This document shows, one piece after another, positions 1 through 12,840 of a stretch of DNA of 64,000 nt. Position 1 is the stretch's first letter; every line of letters starts with the position of its first letter. Source of the stretch: an uncultured Clostridia bacterium (GTDB lineage Bacteria; Bacillota; Clostridia; TANB77; CAG-508); NCBI GenBank assembly GCA_947585105.1, contig CANPWV010000004.1:358-64357 (forward strand), written 5' to 3'. Both the position numbers and the translations under genes were made by a program. The notes beneath the pieces are model-generated. The model was not told where the DNA came from. It did no database searches and saw nothing but the letters and a program-made list of their open reading frames with translations.

Positions 1-208
1 AATTCCATTTATTACATCATCTATTGCATCTTTTTGATTAGTATAACTATTTGTACTATATTCGATTAATGCTATTTGTAAATTTTCTAATTCGCTTGTC
101 TTTTCATATTCTTCTTTAGCATTCATAGCTTGAGTCAAAATTCCATTATCTCCGAATTATTGCGTTTAGAGATACACCAGCTAAAATAAGCAGTACAATG
201 ATAGTCGT
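1..208 (-). CDS. Shared-leader surface/secreted protein, 5' part only (body lies left of the window)
   Basis: Minus strand reads (ACG)TTIIVLLILAGVSLNAII then, after a +1 shift at in-frame CGG (152-154), GDNGILTQAMNAKEEYEKTSELENLQIAL... This is the same leader as six other genes here. The codon at 206-208 is ACG, not ATG. Confidence 0.6.
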
Positions 209-225
209 TTCGTTATTTTATGATT
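143..225 (-). repeat. Leader module copy 1 (conserved ~85-bp 5' end of the surface-protein family)
   Basis: Near-identical to the modules at 23650, 27049, 28976, 31856, 36217 and 63648. Has the extra C (AATTCGGAGAT). Lies directly after the recD2 terminator-like hairpin. Confidence 0.9.
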
Positions 226-271
226 AAAAAATAATACATGATTAAAAATGTTTAACCATGTATTTTGTATT

Positions 272-2509
272 CTAATCATTATTCAATTTATAAAGCAACC
301 CTGTATTACGTTTTTGTACATCTACATTATTAATCATCGTTTCAATTACTTTATGATTACTAATTGTAATTAGTAATTTCTTCGCTCTTGTCATTCCTGT
401 GTACAACAAATTTCTTGTAAGAAGCATATTTGAAACCCACGGAATAACCATTATTACAACATCAAATTCACTTCCGCTGAGCTTTATGTATTGTTATAGA
501 ATAAGCAAGTTCTAGTTCATCAAGCTCTGAAAAAGCGTACCAAGCTATTTTATCATCATCAAATTCAACTTCTATATTTTTTTCTTGATTATTGATTTTT
601 GTAATTCTTCCAAGTTCTCCGGTTGAAGATTCCTGTTCCATTCTCATAATTACGAAAATCTTTACTAGTTCCTCTTTCCCAATAAATGTCATAATTATTT
701 TTAACTTGCATAACTCTATCGCCTTCGCGAAACAACGTTAATCCATATTGTTTTTCCAATTTTTCATCTGATTTTGGATTTAAAACATTTTGCAAACTAT
801 TATTTAATTCCTTTGTTCCTAACATTCCTTTTTTAGTTGGAGTTAATACTTGAATATTTTTAAAAAAGTCATAATTTCCATAATTTTTAAGTCTTCCATT
901 AGATAATGTTAAAACTTGATTTAACATTTTTTCTTGAGTTTGCTCATTTATGTAAAAGAAATCATCTAAACTATCCTCTTCTTTTTGATTGTTTCCAATA
1001 AAACTTATTCCTTGATTTACATTATGGGAATTGACAATTATCTTGCTCTTGGCGGCTTGTCTAAAAATTTTATTTAATGAAACAACAGCAAATTTATTTG
1101 AATCTATCAAATCTTGCAAAACATTACCTGGGCCAACCGCTGGAAGCTGGTTACTATCTCCAACTAAAACTATTTTACTTCCAAGATAAATCGCTTTTAC
1201 TATATAATTCATAAGAAAGCTGTCAACCATGCTCATTTCGTCGATTATAATAACATCACCATCAATTGGAGTAACATTTACATCAACATTATGAATCTTG
1301 TCATCTTCGATTTTTCCAATTTCTAAAAGTCTATGAATTGTTTTGGCGTCTTCTCCAGTAGCTTCACTCATTCTTTTGGCTGCTCTTCCAGTTGGCGCAC
1401 ATAATACAACTTTTCTTCCATGTGATTTATATATTTCAATTAAAAATTTTATAATTGTGGTTTTTCCGGTTCCAGGTCCACCTGTAATTATTGATACATT
1501 ATTATCATTTATTTGATTTATTGCTTCATATTGTTTTTCAGATAGTTTTATTCCTAAAATCGTTTCTTGAGAATTAATATCTTTTTCAAAACTCTTTATA
1601 TATTTTATATTTCGTGAATTTTTTATTAAAGTTAATCTTTCAGCAATATTTTTTTCGACCTTATACATTGGGTATAAATAAATCCAAGTTCCGCCGTTTT
1701 CACGTTCTTCAATAACAATTTCTTCTTTTACTTTTAAATTTATCAAATTATTTTCAATCTCTTCATCAGTTACTTCTAAATTTTGAGAAAGAAACTCTTC
1801 CAAATTTTCTTTTTTTACACACAAATTTCCATTATAGCTACTTATTAAAAGCGCATATTTTATTCCACTTTTAATTCTATCATCATTATTTTTTGGAATT
1901 CCAAGTTCTAAAGCAATTCTGTCAATCTTGTTAAAATCAACACCATATACAATATCTACTAAAACATAAGGATTATCTTGTATTTTTTGAACAGCATCTT
2001 TTCCAAGAGCATCATATACTTTTTTACTATTATTACTACTTACTCCAAACTTTTCTAAGAATCCTACAATTTGCCAAAGTTCCCATTTTTCATTAAATTC
2101 TTCGCCAATTTCATAAGCTTTTGACTTACTTATTCCTCTAATTTCAGAAAGCCTTAAAGGTTCAAATTTAAAAATATTTATTGTTTCTTCTCCAAATTTT
2201 TCAATAATTTTTCTAGCTGTAGCAGGTCCAATTCCTTTAATTGCGCCACTTGAAAGATATTTTTCTAAAGCTTTACTATTTTCTGGCATTAATTTTTCAA
2301 ATGTATCTATTTTAAATTGCTCTCCATATTCTTGATGAACAACCATTTTTCCAAATAATTTTAGGGTATCTCCCTCTTCTATAAAAGGTAGATACCCGTA
2401 CAATTGTCACTATATCGCCATCTTCTTTTTCAAATTCGGCAATAGCATAGCTATTTGAATCATTTTTATATATAAATTCTAAAATTTGTCCTTTAATTTT
2501 CAAAGTCAT
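272..2509 (-). CDS. recD2: ATP-dependent RecD-like DNA helicase RecD2 (three CGG +1 recoding sites)
   Basis: Track ORFs 2312..2509, 589..2403 and 468..692 plus an untracked tail join into one protein. Junctions: TIV|GYLPFIEEG (CGG 2396-2398), GIFN|GELGRITK (619-621), IHKAQ|GSEFDVVIMV...TRAKKLL (474-476). Walker A is GGPGTGKTT. Stop is TAG at 272-274. Confidence 0.9.
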
Positions 2510-2529
2510 CTCTCCAGTATAAATTCGAT

Positions 2530-3294
2530 TTATCTAAATTCATCTTCTAATTTTTTATTATTTTCTTCTTTGGTTTGGGTATTATTAAGACCATCTACTT
2601 CTGATTGATATCTATATTCTTCGTCTAAATAGCGTTGATATAATCTATCAATATAGGAATCTAAAGCTGAATTATACTCTTGGGTAAAATCATTTGTTAA
2701 TCTCGTAAAAGAAGATTTTATATCATAAAATTTGTCTATTACTTGATCTGATTCTTTATCATAACCTTTTTCATCTAAATCTTTTGTTCTATATTTTATT
2801 ACATATCTTTTTAATCCATTAAAAATTTCATTACAATGATCTTCTAATCCGTTTCTTGACTTACCATTTTCACGTTTTAAAGCAGAACACATTTCAGCCA
2901 TTTTTTGACTTATGTAAGTAAAACATCTTTTCATAGTTTCTTGTTTTTCATCTTTTGGCTTCTCGCCTTCTATAAGTTCTGAATTTATTTTAAATCCATA
3001 GTCAGCACTAAGTTTTGCAGCTTTTTCTAAAGTATCACTATTTACATATATTGGTTTTTCAGTAAATCTTTTTTTCTGATCCATTAATTCGTCTCTAAAA
3101 TATTCTATTGCGTTTCCTTTACAATCTAAACCATAATCTTCTAGAATTGATTCGATTTTTCTCAAATATTGTCTAGTAATATCATCATAAGAATCATTAA
3201 ATTCATTAACATCTTTTTCATTTCTCATAATATCAGCAATTTTATTTTTAAAATTATCTTTTAAATCTTCTAATCTTTGCTTTAGTTCTTCCAT
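2530..3294 (-). CDS. Hypothetical coiled-coil/acidic protein
   Basis: Long ORF. The likely start is the internal ATG at 3294, preceded by AAGGAGG (MEELKQRLEDLKD...). No family recognised. Confidence 0.6.
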   Translation of the reverse strand: MEELKQRLEDLKDNFKNKIADIMRNEKDVNEFNDSYDDITRQYLRKIESILEDYGLDCKGNAIEYFRDELMDQKKRFTEKPIYVNSDTLEKAAKLSADYGFKINSELIEGEKPKDEKQETMKRCFTYISQKMAEMCSALKRENGKSRNGLEDHCNEIFNGLKRYVIKYRTKDLDEKGYDKESDQVIDKFYDIKSSFTRLTNDFTQEYNSALDSYIDRLYQRYLDEEYRYQSEVDGLNNTQTKEENNKKLEDEFR

Positions 3295-3415
3295 AAATAC
3301 CTCCTTAAATCTTTTGCAATTTAAAAGTATATTTTTATTGTAACATATAAAAAATAAAAATACAAACATAAAAGAGAAATATTATATTATTTTTATAATA
3401 TTTCTCTTTTTAATA

Positions 3416-4567
3416 CTATCCAAAAATTCCACGTTTTTTCAAAGGTGGCTGTTCATTCATAGTTTTAGCAAGTTCTACAAGCAAATTTCTTTGCTCTTGA
3501 CTCAATCTTTTTGGAACTTGAACAATTACAGTAAATACGAAATCACCTCTCCAATTTCCGTTAAGGCTCTTAAATCCTTTATTTTTTATTGAAAATTTAG
3601 TATTTGTAGCGGTTCCTTCTGGAATATTATACATAATTTTTGTTCCATCAACCATAGGAATTTCAATTTGTCCTCCTAATGTAGCCATAGTAAAAGTAAT
3701 TGGAACTTCACAAAGAACGTGTTCCGCTCTTCTAGAATATATAGGGTCATTTTTTACTCTAACTACTATGTATAAATCTCCATTTGGTCCACCATTTTTT
3801 CCAGGCTCTCCCTCATTTTTCAAAATAATTGTTTGACCATCGCCAATTCCTTCTGGAATCTTAATTTTTAATTTTTTAGTTCTTTTTACAGTTCCTTTTC
3901 CTCTACATGTTTGACAAGGATTTGTAATTACAGTTCCAGTTCCTCCACAATTAGTGCAAGTTCTTTGTGTAGCGACTTGCCCAAATATTGTTGAAGAAAC
4001 TTGTCTTATTGTTCCTTTTCCACCGCAAACTGAACATCTTGTAGGAGATGTTCCTTTACTACATCCACTACCATTACAATCTGGACAAACTTCATTTCTA
4101 TTTAAAGAAATTTCTTTTTCACTACCTGTATATGATTCTTTAAATGTTATAGAAATTTCAACCTTTAGATCTGCACCTTTTGTAGCTGTATTTCTACTTC
4201 TTGAACTTCCTCCTCTTCTTTCTCCACCGAAGAAAGAAGAAAAGATATCTCCTAAATCACTAAAATCTCCAAAACCGCTAAATCCATCGAAGCCTGAACC
4301 GTATGAATAATATCCACCGCCATTTGTTCCACCTATATTAGGACCATCAAAACCATAAGTATCATATAGTTTTCTTTTTTGCTTATCAGATAAAGTTTCA
4401 TACGCTTCATTCACTTCTTTAAATTTACGTTCTGCTTCTTCTTTATTATCGGGATTGGCATCTGGATGATATTTTTTTGCAAGTCTTCTATAGGCTTTTT
4501 TCAATTCTTCATCAGTAGCGCTTTTTGATACACCTAAGACTTCATAATAATCTCTTTTTTCTGCCAT
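3416..4567 (-). CDS. dnaJ: Molecular chaperone DnaJ
   Basis: J-domain [16 protein letters not shown]-rich region and four CxxCxGxG zinc-finger repeats. Confidence 0.95.
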   Translation of the reverse strand: MAEKRDYYEVLGVSKSATDEELKKAYRRLAKKYHPDANPDNKEEAERKFKEVNEAYETLSDKQKRKLYDTYGFDGPNIGGTNGGGYYSYGSGFDGFSGFGDFSDLGDIFSSFFGGERRGGSSRSRNTATKGADLKVEISITFKESYTGSEKEISLNRNEVCPDCNGSGCSKGTSPTRCSVCGGKGTIRQVSSTIFGQVATQRTCTNCGGTGTVITNPCQTCRGKGTVKRTKKLKIKIPEGIGDGQTIILKNEGEPGKNGGPNGDLYIVVRVKNDPIYSRRAEHVLCEVPITFTMATLGGQIEIPMVDGTKIMYNIPEGTATNTKFSIKNKGFKSLNGNWRGDFVFTVIVQVPKRLSQEQRNLLVELAKTMNEQPPLKKRGIFG

Positions 4568-4587
4568 GGCTTCCTCTTCTTTATAAA

Positions 4588-6453
<1,866 letters not shown>

Positions 6454-6458
6454 CTAAA

Positions 6459-6998
6459 TTAATTTGCTACTACTACCATCGCATGACGAACCACTTTCGT
6501 TCCGATTTTGTAGCCTTTTCTATATTCTTGTACAATTTCACTTGATCCTTTTTCACTGTCTTCAATATGGCTAACCGCTTCATGAAGCTCTGGATCAAAT
6601 TGATGTCCGACTGTTTCAATTTCTTCCATTCCAAATCTTTTTAGAACATCTGATAATTGTCTTAAAATAAGCTTTATTCCTTCTTGATATGAATTATTTT
6701 CAATTTTTATCTGTACCGCTTTTTCTAAGTTATCAACAACAGGTAAAATTGAAGCAACCACATCAGCTGTAATTTCAGCTCTTTTACTTAAGCTTTCTTT
6801 TTGAGTTCTTTTTTTGTAATTTTCAAACTCAGCAAAAAGTCTTTTATATCTATCATTTAATTCTTCTAATTCATCAGAATTATTTGAAGTATTTTCAGTT
6901 TTTTCTGTTTCTTCCTGATTTTTTTCTTCTTTTGTTTCTTCAACTTCGTTATTTTCTACATTTTCTACTTTTTCATTTGTTTTATCTTCTTCGTTCAT
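6459..6998 (-). CDS. grpE: Nucleotide exchange factor GrpE
   Basis: Acidic N-terminus, RLFAEFENYKKR and GYKIGTKVVRHAMV motifs. Sits between hrcA and dnaK. Confidence 0.9.
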   Translation of the reverse strand: MNEEDKTNEKVENVENNEVEETKEEKNQEETEKTENTSNNSDELEELNDRYKRLFAEFENYKKRTQKESLSKRAEITADVVASILPVVDNLEKAVQIKIENNSYQEGIKLILRQLSDVLKRFGMEEIETVGHQFDPELHEAVSHIEDSEKGSSEIVQEYRKGYKIGTKVVRHAMVVVAN

Positions 6999-7028
6999 AT
7001 AATTCCTCCTTTCGCTTAATTTATATCT

Positions 7029-8070
7029 TTATGAATAATTTTTTCCTTTTTTGAAATCATCATTTAATTTTTGACTAATATATTTCATAACAGTAATTAC
7101 TTTTGAATAATCCATTCTAGTAGGACCAATTATACCAATTGTTCCGATATCTTTTCCTTCAATTAAATGATTAAAAGTAATAAGACTGAAATTTTTAAGC
7201 TCTTCTCTTTCAGACTCTGTTCCAATATAAACATTTATATCTTGCTCAATTTCGGAATCTGTATTCATAACGCCTGATACAACGTCTTTTGAATTTAAAA
7301 CATTTAAAAATTCTTTAGCAATATCTGTATTTTGAAATTCAGGCATATCAACAACTTTATTAGTACCTTCTAGATAAACCTGTTCACCTGTCTCTTTCAA
7401 AAGTTTATTTATTTCTTTAATTATCTTTTTTATAATATTTACACCTGTTTTAACTTCACTTGTAATAAAATCTTCTATTGGAACATTTAATTCATCTAAT
7501 GATTTACCTGTTAGTTTTTTCTTAAATAAAACATTTAAATCATTAACTTGTTCTGGCGTAATATTTTCATCAAACTTTATAATTGACTCTCTTATTATTC
7601 CTGAATCTGTAAGAATTACAGCCATTAAAAGTCTAGCTCCTAATAGAACAAATTTTATATCTACAATTGTATGTTTATCAACATGTGGTCCAATAGCAAC
7701 AGTTGTATAATGAGTTACCTCTGATAAAGTAGCTGTAGCAATTTTTGTTAGATCTTCTAAATCGTTTACTTTTTGTTCTAACTTTTCTTTTATATAAGCA
7801 ATTTCAGCTCTTGAAAGTGAATCTTCTCTTAATAATTCATCAACATAATATCTATAACCTTTTTGAGAAGGAATTCTACCGGCTTGATGTATGAGTTTTT
7901 TCTAAAAAACCTATTTTCTCGAGTTCAGCCATCTCATTTCTAATTGTAGCACTACTACAATCTAGATAAGATTTTTCTAGTAAACTTCCAGAACTAACTG
8001 GCTCAGCAGTTTCAATATATTCGTCTACTATTGCACCAAGAATTTTTTTCTTTCTTTCATCTAATTTCAT
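7029..8070 (-). CDS. hrcA: Heat-inducible transcription repressor HrcA (one CGG +1 site)
   Basis: ORFs 7876..8070 and 7029..7625 join at CGG 7879-7881, giving EKTHTSS|[17 protein letters not shown]. The frame then runs uninterrupted into the downstream ORF. Confidence 0.9.
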
Positions 8071-8108
8071 CTATATTTTCTTCCTTTAATTTTTTATCAA
8101 AAATAAAA

Positions 8109-8135
8109 TTAGCAATCCTTATCTTGGACTGCTAA
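8109..8135 (-). promoter_or_regulatory. CIRCE operator (HrcA binding site)
   Basis: TTAGCAATC-N9-GACTGCTAA resembles the consensus TTAGCACTC-N9-GAGTGCTAA. It lies between a promoter and the hrcA start. Confidence 0.75.
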
Positions 8136-8136
8136 T

Positions 8137-8165
8137 ATATTATATCTTTTTATTTACTTTGTCAA
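8137..8165 (-). promoter_or_regulatory. Sigma-A-type promoter of the hrcA operon
   Basis: Minus strand has TTGACA (8160-8165), a 17-nt spacer and TAATAT (8137-8142), immediately upstream of CIRCE. Confidence 0.55.
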
Positions 8166-8183
8166 GAGATTTTATAAAAAATT

Positions 8184-8336
8184 TTATTGATTAAAGATAT
8201 TTTCGATTTTTTCTTCTAATTTTTTGTTTTTTTCCTTTAATTCTTCAGAAATTTTAGACAATTTTTCAATATCTTCTGTATCAACATTAATCATTTTTCC
8301 ATCATACATAATATTTCCAAATAAATCTTCTTTCAT
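8184..8336 (-). CDS. Small hypothetical protein (50 aa), not in the ORF track
   Basis: AAGGAG then ATG: MKEDLFGNIMYDGKMINVDTEDIEKLSKISEELKEKNKKLEEKIENIFNQ*. Co-oriented, directly after the 8352..10010 gene. Confidence 0.45.
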   Translation of the reverse strand: MKEDLFGNIMYDGKMINVDTEDIEKLSKISEELKEKNKKLEEKIENIFNQ

Positions 8337-8351
8337 TTGTATATCTCCTTT

Positions 8352-10010
8352 TTATTGTTCTCTATCTTCATCTTTTTCGCCAAAATTTTTCTCAAATTTG
8401 TCAAAATCTTTATCTCTAACATTTTGAAGATTAGGAATTAAAATTTCGCTAGCTTGTTCTAAAACATCATGAGCTTGTTTTTCGCCACTTTGAATAACCT
8501 CATTAATACCAGTTTTTTCTAAAGCGCTTACTTTTCTCTTAGCAATTTTTAGCGCTAGCTCTCTTTTCTTAGAATCACTCTTACTTAACTCTCCTTCTTG
8601 AGCCTCTTTTTCATCATATTGTTTTATTATATTTTGAAGTGTAGCAAGTTGTTCTCTAATTTCTTCTGAAATTAATAATTTGTGATTTATTTCTGCCTCT
8701 TCTTGTACACTTTGATATGGTTCATATTCTGTATACATAGAAGCCAATTGAGAAAAAATCTCATCACTTTTATCTGAAGCTAAATTTGGATTATTTTTTA
8801 AGTACTCTTTCAAATTATATAAACTAGAATATTCTTCTAATTCTTTTCCGTCTTCTAAATCTCTAGCTTGTTTAGCTATTTCGACAAAATCACTATTATC
8901 TAATCTTGACATGTTTCTGATTTTACATCTATTTGAAATCAAGTCAATAATATAATTTTTTCCGTCTTTTACTTCTCCATTTGGTTTTAAAAATTCTTCT
9001 TTAAATATTGAACGAGGTGGTAATATAAGATTTCCATCTTGATCAAATTTTGAATCTAATATAGCATATCTTATTTCTTCTTTTACTTCATCTTCTTCTA
9101 AACCATCAAATCTAGCTAATGAAAAATTTAAAATTTCATTATCAAGTTCATCTGTAAGAAATAAATTATCAGTAACTTCTCTCATAGAAGACACTATTTG
9201 ATTTTTATTTTCTTCTATATTTTGTTCAAAATCAACCAAGAAATCTTCGTCTATTTCTGAATTTTCCATTTCATCATAAAGCTCTTTTACATTTTCAGGA
9301 ATAGTAATATTTTTATTGTTCTTAACAATTTCAGTTCTAGCTGATTCTAGTTCAGCAATTAAGCTTTGAACTTTTTGAGATGACTCATTTATTGCTTCTT
9401 TATTTTCAGCAAGTATCTTAGTTGAAACTTGTTTTTGCAAACTTAAAATTGAAGATGTTAATTTAAAACCTTTTTCTTTTGTCTTCAAAGTTTTTTTATC
9501 TTTGACTGGTTTTTCTGATTCTCTTTCTTTTTCAGAAATATTTCTACCTTTTAACTCTTTTTCAATAGCATTAGCTAGCTCTTGTTTAGATAGTGTTCCT
9601 CTTCTAGTAGTAGTTCCATTTCTTTTATCTATTTTTTCTTGAGCCATTCTAGCTCCACTATGATCATAAGAAATTCCAACTTTTGTATATACTTCTTCTC
9701 TTTTTGATTCCTTGCTTGACTTGTCAATATCTGATGATTCTCTTATTCCAATTCCTCTTATCATTTTGTCAACAGTTTCTTTAGCAAGACTAATACTTGA
9801 CATATAATTTTTAGCTAGCAAACTATTAATTTTTTCTTTATTTATAAAATTTGGTTCGTTACAAAACTTTTGAAGCAAGCTTGTGAGTTCTTTTTCAAAA
9901 TCATACCAATTTTCTTCTACTTGAATATTTTCTTTTAAAGTTTTTGATAAATCAGCTCCCTCACCAGATAAATAGTTTTTTACTGTTTGCTTATTTATTT
10001 CTTCCTTCAT
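8352..10010 (-). CDS. Hypothetical large acidic/Lys-rich coiled-coil protein
   Basis: 552-aa uninterrupted ORF with an AGGAGG RBS. No family recognised. Confidence 0.65.
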   Translation of the reverse strand: MKEEINKQTVKNYLSGEGADLSKTLKENIQVEENWYDFEKELTSLLQKFCNEPNFINKEKINSLLAKNYMSSISLAKETVDKMIRGIGIRESSDIDKSSKESKREEVYTKVGISYDHSGARMAQEKIDKRNGTTTRRGTLSKQELANAIEKELKGRNISEKERESEKPVKDKKTLKTKEKGFKLTSSILSLQKQVSTKILAENKEAINESSQKVQSLIAELESARTEIVKNNKNITIPENVKELYDEMENSEIDEDFLVDFEQNIEENKNQIVSSMREVTDNLFLTDELDNEILNFSLARFDGLEEDEVKEEIRYAILDSKFDQDGNLILPPRSIFKEEFLKPNGEVKDGKNYIIDLISNRCKIRNMSRLDNSDFVEIAKQARDLEDGKELEEYSSLYNLKEYLKNNPNLASDKSDEIFSQLASMYTEYEPYQSVQEEAEINHKLLISEEIREQLATLQNIIKQYDEKEAQEGELSKSDSKKRELALKIAKRKVSALEKTGINEVIQSGEKQAHDVLEQASEILIPNLQNVRDKDFDKFEKNFGEKDEDREQ

Positions 10011-10019
10011 ATTTTCCTC

Positions 10020-10767
10020 CTAACCGAACGTCCTCTAATCCATCTTCATAGTTTCCTCTAATTTCTAAAAGATCTGCTACAAAGTTTACTGTATCTTCTC
10101 TCATTTGTACTACTATTTCATGAGAATCTATATTATTTATCATTTTATTATATTCATTTAAAATATCATTATATTTTTTTCCACCATTAAAAATATTAGA
10201 AATCTTACTAAATAATCTTTGAAAAATATTTTGCTCACTAGCAATTTGTAAAGAATTTGATGAAATAACAAATTCTTCATTTATCATTTTATTAAACTTT
10301 TCTTCTATTTCTTCAAATTTTAAATTACATTTATTTATTATTTGTTTATATGTTTCGTTCTTCTTTTTAAGTGTCTCTTTTTTATCTTCATTACCTAAAA
10401 TAGCTTTTTCTTCTTGGCCATTTATGAGCTTTTGATAATTTATCATAGCAATTCTTCTATTGTTTTTAGCTTCTTGAATTTCGTTTTGAATATTCACATA
10501 TTGACAATAAAATTCATCATAAACCATATTTAATTTTTGTTTGTAATGAGTAATTATCAATTCTATATCATCAAAATAATATTCTTGATTTTGTCTGCAA
10601 TTTTTAGCTTCTACTTTTATCATATTATATAAGTAAGCAATTTTTTGATTTATTAAATTTTGGCTGTTTCTAATAAATATTGAAGCATCAATTTTAGACG
10701 CTGTTGTCTCATTATTAACGATTTCATTCATTACTTTAAGAAGCTCAGTAGAAATTTTTTCGCTCAT
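10020..10767 (-). CDS. Hypothetical coiled-coil protein (3' end defined by a CGG +1 site)
   Basis: The start is probably ATG 10767 (MSEKISTELL, RBS AGGAGG). At in-frame CGG 10024-10026 the +1 reading gives GGT TAG, so the protein ends ...EDGLEDVG* just before the RBS of the next gene. Standard reading would extend it to 9991 and overlap that gene. Confidence 0.55.
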
Positions 10768-10844
10768 AGTTTTTCCTCCTATTTTTTTCTTACGTAAAAC
10801 TACATTTTTATTATACATTATATTAAAAAAATAATCTAGCTTTT

Positions 10845-11963
10845 TTACACAAATTCTTCAAAAACTAAATTTGCTAAATCTAGTCCTTTTCTTGTAAGCC
10901 TTATATTATCTAGATCTACCTCAATTAGTTCCTCATCTACAAGTTTTGAAATTTCAAATCTAAAATAAAATAATGGATTTATTTCAAATTTTCTTTCAAA
11001 ACTACTTATAGAAACCCCTTCAAGTTTTCTTAAACCTAACATCATATATTCTTTTTTTCTAATTTCTTCTGTTTGAATTTCTTCTATTTTTACATTATCT
11101 TTTTGATTTTCAATATATTTTTCTAAAATATCTGTATTTGAAAATCTTATATTATTAAAATATGAATGTGAAGCAAGCCCGAAACCCAAATACTCTTCTT
11201 GGTTCCAGCAATTCAAATTATGTCTAGATTCAAATCCTTTTTTGGAAAAATTTGATATCTCATATTGAATATAGTCGTTTTTTTCTAGAATTTTTTTAGT
11301 CGTATCATACATTTTTCTTTCTTCTTCGTCTGTTGGAATATCATATAAACCGTTTTTTATTTCTCGTTCTAACATAGTATTTTCTTCTAAAATCAAAGAA
11401 TAAACTGAAATATGTTCTGGCTGTAAAAAGATAACTTTGTTTACTGAATCTATTACATTATCTAAATTTTGATTTGGAAGACCTATCATTAAATCTACAT
11501 TTATATTTTTAAATCCAACTTCTCGAGCTTTTTTATAGCAATCGCAAAATTCTTCGTAAGTATGGATTCTTCCAATATATTTTAAAATATTTGGATCTGA
11601 TGACTGAAGCCCCATACTTATTCTATTAAAACCTGAAATCTTATAAGTTTCTAACTTTTCTTTGCTTACAGTTCCAGGATTTACCTCGATTGTTATTTCT
11701 GAATTTTCTTCTACTTTAAATTTTGATTTTATTTTTTCTAAAACTTTAACAATTAAATTTTCAGAAATTACAGAAGGTGTTCCACCTCCAAAATAAATTG
11801 TGTTTACTGTAAATCCAGTCTTGTCGCAGTTTTCAATTTCATTTAAAAGTGAATTTATATAATCCTCGCTTTTATTCAATTTATTTTCAAAAGATGTAAA
11901 ATCACAATATTTGCATTTTTTCTTACAAAACGGAATATGAACATAAATTCCAATTTTTTTCAT
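10845..11963 (-). CDS. hemW: Radical SAM heme chaperone HemW / coproporphyrinogen III oxidase-like
   Basis: CxxxCxxC (FCKKKCKYCDF), GGGTPS and the HemN C-terminal domain. Confidence 0.85.
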   Translation of the reverse strand: MKKIGIYVHIPFCKKKCKYCDFTSFENKLNKSEDYINSLLNEIENCDKTGFTVNTIYFGGGTPSVISENLIVKVLEKIKSKFKVEENSEITIEVNPGTVSKEKLETYKISGFNRISMGLQSSDPNILKYIGRIHTYEEFCDCYKKAREVGFKNINVDLMIGLPNQNLDNVIDSVNKVIFLQPEHISVYSLILEENTMLEREIKNGLYDIPTDEEERKMYDTTKKILEKNDYIQYEISNFSKKGFESRHNLNCWNQEEYLGFGLASHSYFNNIRFSNTDILEKYIENQKDNVKIEEIQTEEIRKKEYMMLGLRKLEGVSISSFERKFEINPLFYFRFEISKLVDEELIEVDLDNIRLTRKGLDLANLVFEEFV

Positions 11964-12826
11964 TAACTATTACCTCTTATTTCATCAGCTAAATTTTGAA
12001 TTTTCTTTAGCCTATGATTAATTCCAGACTTTCCTATTGGCTCTGAAAGCATTTCCCCAAGCTCTTTTAGCGAGCTTTCTGGATGCTCTAATCTAAGAAG
12101 CGCCACTTCTCTTACTTCTGGTCCTAATTCTTCAAATCTATTCATTTTTTGCAAAAATTTAATATCTTCTATTTGATTAACAGCAGCATCAACAATTTTA
12201 TTTAAATTTGCTGTTTCACAATTTACCATTCTATTTACATTATTTTTCATTTCTTTAAAAATTCTTACATCTTCAAGCTTCAAAACCGCTTTGTTTGCGC
12301 CTATACAAGCTAAAAAGTTAGATACTTGATCAGCTTCTTTTATATATAACATAAATTTATCTTTTGAATCAATAATTTTAAATTGAACATCATAATCTTT
12401 AGCTAAATTTGAAATATATTCAGCATTTTTTCTATCTCCAAAAATCATCTCTAAATGATAACTTTTTTCTGGGTCTGTACAAGATCCACTTCCTAAAAAA
12501 CTTCCTCTTAAAATTGTCTTTTTGACTTCATCTTTCAAACCTAAATCAAAAATTCTTGAAAAAATTTCTTCTATATCTTTATTTAAAATTTTAGCAACAA
12601 ATAATTTTCCTCTAGTTTCAGGTTCATACTCGATTTTTAAACTAAATAAAATTTTAAAAAATCTTTCAATATTGTATTCATTTTCTGTAACAAATTCAAC
12701 ATATTCGCCATCACTTATAGTATTTCCAGTAAGTATATAGCCTAAAAATTCTGATTTTAAAAGCTCTTCATTTTTCCAATTATTAAAATTACTTAATTCT
12801 TCTTTTATATCATGAGAAAATGACAT
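11963..12826 (-). CDS. whiA: DNA-binding protein WhiA
   Basis: LAGLIDADG-like repeats and a C-terminal HTH (GKSGINHRLKKI). Typical length. Confidence 0.85.
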   Translation of the reverse strand: MSFSHDIKEELSNFNNWKNEELLKSEFLGYILTGNTISDGEYVEFVTENEYNIERFFKILFSLKIEYEPETRGKLFVAKILNKDIEEIFSRIFDLGLKDEVKKTILRGSFLGSGSCTDPEKSYHLEMIFGDRKNAEYISNLAKDYDVQFKIIDSKDKFMLYIKEADQVSNFLACIGANKAVLKLEDVRIFKEMKNNVNRMVNCETANLNKIVDAAVNQIEDIKFLQKMNRFEELGPEVREVALLRLEHPESSLKELGEMLSEPIGKSGINHRLKKIQNLADEIRGNS

Positions 12827-12840
12827 ATTTTCCTCCTTTT

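Noticed and set aside
468-2509. Split housekeeping genes (recD2, hrcA, prmC, ftsH, alr-like, rpe, pknB, stp, rlmN, mtaB and others) interpreted as pseudogenes from genome decay
   Set aside because: All 39 disruptions share one signature: an extra C making an in-frame CGG before a conserved Gly. No other indel or nonsense lesion is visible, and essential genes are affected. Random decay would give mixed lesion types.
3954-4310. Antisense shadow ORFs inside dnaJ, dnaK, gpsA, der, clpC, the LRR genes and others (e.g. 5630..5812, 16220..16501, 18361..18693, 37863..38291, 63012..63464)
   Set aside because: They lie opposite strongly supported genes. They have biased low-complexity composition and no RBS.
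8224-8427. 67-aa plus-strand ORF
   Set aside because: It is low-complexity and antisense to a minus-strand gene end. A 50-aa minus-strand ORF with a good AAGGAG RBS (8184..8336) fits better.
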